Origin: an uncultured Gemmatimonadales bacterium
GTDB taxonomy: Bacteria > Gemmatimonadota > Gemmatimonadetes > Longimicrobiales > RSA9
NCBI GenBank assembly: GCA_963798845.1
Contig: CAWCUS010000006.1
Span: 1,216,001 to 1,280,000 of the forward strand
DNA: 64,000 nt
Direction: 5' to 3'
Of the stretch, positions 61,084 to 64,000 are shown in pieces. Position numbers and translations under genes: made by a program. The notes below the pieces were generated by a model. The model saw only the letters and a list, made by a program, of their open reading frames with translations. It searched no databases and was not told where the DNA came from. Position 1 is the first letter of the stretch, and every line of letters starts with the position of its first letter.

Positions 61084-62190
61084 ATGAAACGAGCGACACG
61101 CACACACCCCGTAGCCACCGCGGTCGCGGCCGCCGGACTGCTGACGGCGGTCGCGTCGCCGGCGCGCGCGCAGCTGCCGGCGCCGCCCGTGAGCAGCCCC
61201 TCTGCGGTGCACGTCGGAGGCTATGGAGGCGTGGTCTTCGGCCGGGCCACCCGTTACGGCGAGGGGACGGACATGGCCGTGACCGAGGGCAATGCCGCGC
61301 TGCTGCTCTCGGGGACGCTGGTGCGCAGGCTAAGCTATTTCGGCGAGGTGGAGGTTGCCAGTACGACCCGCGAGAACTGGACCGGGCGGGTCGAGGAGCG
61401 GGGCGTCGACCTGGTCCGGCTCTACGCTGAATACACGTTCGCCGACGCGCTCCGCCTCCGCATGGGGCGCTTCCTCACGCCGGTCGGCCAGTGGAACGAG
61501 ATCCACGCCGAGCCGCTCACATGGACCGCCCACCGCCCGTTGACCACGTACCGCCCGTTCGCGAAGAGCATGACGGGGGTCATGGCCACGGGCGTGCTGG
61601 GCGTGGCGGGGCACGACGCCGGTTACGCGCTGTTCGCCGCGGTCCCGGGTGCGCCATTCCGCTACGACGAGGAGAGCGCATTCAAGGAGGCGATCGGCTT
61701 CCGCGGCGCCATCGAGGTGGGCCGGGGCCTGTTCGTGGGCGTGAGCGGCGTCGCGTTCCGGGCCGAGCGCCCCCTGGGCCCCGACGATGACGGGGAGGTC
61801 CCCGACTACGGCGCTGGCGAGACGTCGGAGGAGGAGTGGGAGGAGGATGCCGGCAACCGGGGGCTGCTGGGTGTCGACCTGTCGTGGCGGCTGCACGGCG
61901 CCGAGCTGCTGGCGGAGGCGACCTCGCTCTCCCCCGCCGGCATCGCGCCGCAGGAGCGCGGCGGGTTCGTCCAGCTGGCCGTGCCCCTGGCTCGATCCAT
62001 AGGGCTCTACGCCGTCGGCCGGGCCGAGTACTACGAGCCCGTGGTGGACAGCCCCCTCTCGATCCAGACGCTGGGGCTCACGCTCCGGCCGAGCCGCCAC
62101 TGGACCGTGAAGTTCGACCGGCAGCTCCGGGACAGACCTTCCTTCCGGGTTCCTGACGGATGGTACCTTTCCGTGTCGGGGATCTTCTGA
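61084..62190 (+). CDS. Outer-membrane porin-like beta-barrel
   Basis: Signal peptide; LYAEY, GRFLTPVGQWNEIH; C-terminal ...YLSVSGIF (terminal Phe). Confidence 0.72.
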   Translation: MKRATRTHPVATAVAAAGLLTAVASPARAQLPAPPVSSPSAVHVGGYGGVVFGRATRYGEGTDMAVTEGNAALLLSGTLVRRLSYFGEVEVASTTRENWTGRVEERGVDLVRLYAEYTFADALRLRMGRFLTPVGQWNEIHAEPLTWTAHRPLTTYRPFAKSMTGVMATGVLGVAGHDAGYALFAAVPGAPFRYDEESAFKEAIGFRGAIEVGRGLFVGVSGVAFRAERPLGPDDDGEVPDYGAGETSEEEWEEDAGNRGLLGVDLSWRLHGAELLAEATSLSPAGIAPQERGGFVQLAVPLARSIGLYAVGRAEYYEPVVDSPLSIQTLGLTLRPSRHWTVKFDRQLRDRPSFRVPDGWYLSVSGIF

Positions 62191-62192
62191 AC

Positions 62193-62714
62193 TTGCGCCC
62201 GCAGCGGCCACGGCTCGCCGGGCACAGCGCTGCCCCGCTGGCGGCGCTGGCGTTGGCCGTGGCGGGCGCGTTCCTGCCGTACGCCACAGGGGTCGCCCCG
62301 GTGCAGGGCCAGTCGCTCGACCATGACGACCTTCCGGCGGCCGCCATCATCGTCATCGCCAACGCGGACGTGGACCCGGGACGGGACTCCATCACCCCCG
62401 CCGAGCTGCGCCGGATCTTCATGCTGCGCAAGCGCTTCTGGGCCGATGGGCGAAGGATAGCGCCGGTCAACCTGCCGGCCGCGGACTCGCTCCGCCGCGC
62501 TTTCTCGCGCGCCGTCCTCGGCCAGTCACCGCGCGACCTGGCCGACTACTGGAACGACCTCTACTTCCACGGCGTGGAACCGCCCCCCGTCATGGAATCG
62601 CAGCAGGCAGTGGAGCTGTACGTGGCCCGAACGCCGGGGGCGGTCGGGTACGTCTCACCGGCGTCCTACGACCCGGCGCTGGCGGGGGTGCAGGTGCTGA
62701 TGGTGCTGCGGTGA
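62193..62714 (+). CDS. Small periplasmic binding protein (PstS-like single domain)
   Basis: IVIAN, ELRRIF....W, YW....F.G..PP, V..TPGAVGYV. Confidence 0.7.
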   Translation: MRPQRPRLAGHSAAPLAALALAVAGAFLPYATGVAPVQGQSLDHDDLPAAAIIVIANADVDPGRDSITPAELRRIFMLRKRFWADGRRIAPVNLPAADSLRRAFSRAVLGQSPRDLADYWNDLYFHGVEPPPVMESQQAVELYVARTPGAVGYVSPASYDPALAGVQVLMVLR

Positions 62715-62761
62715 TGCTCGTGGCGCCGGCCGACTGCCGCTCGAGGGGGTGCAACGAAGCC

Positions 62762-62777
62762 CGGCACGGCGTTAGCA
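62762..62777 (+). promoter_or_regulatory. Candidate sigma-54 promoter
   Basis: CGGCACGGCGTTAGCA: GG-N10-GC upstream of the zinc-ribbon gene. Confidence 0.5.
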
Positions 62778-62874
62778 TACTGTATTGGAATGCGATCGAT
62801 AGTTGACGGGAGGTAGCCACCGCGAGCGACTCCCGCCCGTCCAACCGTCCACGTTCAACCCAACCGTTCGAGAG

Positions 62875-63087
62875 ATGCCTCTTTACGAATACAAGTGCAC
62901 GGAGTGCGGGACGCGCTTCGAGGCCATGCGTAAGATCAGCGAGCGCAAGGACCCGCCGCCGTGCCGGAAGTGCGGGAGTCTGCGCACCGAGCTGGCCATG
63001 TCCGCGTCGGCGTTCCTGGGTGGCGGTGGTGGCGGTGGTGGCGGCGGTGGAGCCTGCTCGACCAACGCCTGGACGGGCGGTGGCTGA
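62875..63087 (+). CDS. FmdB-family zinc ribbon protein
   Basis: MPLYEYKCTECG...CRKCGS; poly-Gly tail. Confidence 0.88.
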   Translation: MPLYEYKCTECGTRFEAMRKISERKDPPPCRKCGSLRTELAMSASAFLGGGGGGGGGGGACSTNAWTGGG

Positions 63088-63128
63088 GGGGTGGGTTGAG
63101 CCGCCCGTGGGGCGGCAAGCGCAGGAGA

Positions 63129-63162
63129 AGGGGGACGCCAGCCGGCATCCCCCTTCCGTTTT
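63129..63162 (+). terminator. Candidate intrinsic terminator
   Basis: GGGGACGCC-AGCC-GGCATCCCC followed by CTTCCGTTTT, between convergent genes. Confidence 0.5.
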
Positions 63163-63186
63163 CCGGGCCCGCCGGAGACGCCCGCC

Positions 63187-64000
63187 TCACTCCGAGCGGA
63201 GCGCCATGGCCGGGTCGACGCGCAGGGCTCGCCACGCGGGAATGACGCAGGCGGCGAGGGTGGCGGCGACGAGGAGGGCGATGACGGCGCCGAGCGTCAC
63301 CGGGTCGCGCGTCGAGGTCTCGTAAAGCTGGTCGGCGAGCAGGCGTCCGCCGAGGAGCGTGGCGGGAATGCCGAAGGCGGCGCCGAGGCCGACGAGAGTC
63401 AGGCCGCGCCGGACGACATCGGAGAGGACGACGCTGCGGCGGGCGCCGAGGGCGATGCGGATTCCGATCTCGCGGCGCCGCTGTGCGACCTGGAAGGCCA
63501 GGACCCCGTAGAGACCGAGTGCCGCGAGGAGGAGGGCGACGGCGGCGAAGGCGGCGAGGGCCAGGGTGACGGTGCGGGGGAACGCGACGGCGTCGGCGAG
63601 GATGTCGTCCATGGTGCGGAGGCCGGCGAGGGGGACGTCGGGGTCCAGGTCGTGGACGAGGTCGCGCAGCGGCGCGGCCACGGACGGTCCTGCGTAGCGG
63701 ACGGCGATGCGCATGCCAGCGGCGGGCCGCTGGGCGTGGGGGAAGTAGGCGGTCATGGTCAGCGGGTCCGTGACGCCGGACACGCGGACGTCCCCGACGA
63801 TGCCCACCACCTCGAACCGGGGCGCGCGATCACCCGCGTCGATGGCGACCACCCGGCCGACGGGGTCCTCGCCCGGGAACAGCGTCCGGCCCAGGGTCTC
63901 GCTGACGATCATGACGGCCGGCGCGCCGTCGGCGTCGGTGGAGCCGAAGTCGCGGCCCCGGCGAAGCGGGATCTGCATGGCGTCGAAGTAGCCGGGGAGC
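63187..64000 (-). CDS. ABC transporter permease (MacB/FtsX, ADOP-type), partial
   Basis: GRDF...D, GLYGVLAF.V.QRRREIGIRIALGA, PAWRALRVDP..ALRSE. Confidence 0.9.
   Translation of the reverse strand, partial: LPGYFDAMQIPLRRGRDFGSTDADGAPAVMIVSETLGRTLFPGEDPVGRVVAIDAGDRAPRFEVVGIVGDVRVSGVTDPLTMTAYFPHAQRPAAGMRIAVRYAGPSVAAPLRDLVHDLDPDVPLAGLRTMDDILADAVAFPRTVTLALAAFAAVALLLAALGLYGVLAFQVAQRRREIGIRIALGARRSVVLSDVVRRGLTLVGLGAAFGIPATLLGGRLLADQLYETSTRDPVTLGAVIALLVAATLAACVIPAWRALRVDPAMALRSE

Noticed and set aside
62193..62714. Pst phosphate transport system
   Set aside because: Protein is about half PstS length and there are no pstCAB genes

Overview
Very GC-rich bacterial chromosome segment. The gene repertoire (ADOP-type ABC permease, VPS10/BNR glycosidase, Ig+RCC1 lipoprotein, DUF5916/CBM9 protein) suggests Gemmatimonadota, which is an inference. 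It holds about 50 CDS and no rRNA, tRNA, cas genes or mobile elements that I can recognise. Much of the window is polymer scavenging: S8, S9, S10 and C13 peptidases, GH13, GH38 and GH53 glycosidases, SGNH and alpha/beta hydrolases. Recognisable modules are (i) a cyanophycin catabolism operon (secreted cyanophycinase, YfcC transporter, IadA); (ii) a hydroxyproline dehydratase glycyl-radical enzyme (HypD) with its activase and paired upstream palindromes; (iii) a Campylobacter-like dba-dsbI pair; (iv) a clan CD (C13-like) protease preceded by a stand-alone copy of its own N-terminal domain; (v) an orphan eCIS DUF4255 gene. The best candidate for an undescribed system lies at 54.6-63.1 kb. It has a four-His membrane protein, a second membrane protein and three Tat-exported Rieske proteins with CxxC leaders. 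Beside these sit a sigma-54 two-component system, a porin and a small binding protein, with candidate sigma-54 promoters. Seven genes carry single +1 frameshifts, most likely long-read assembly errors.
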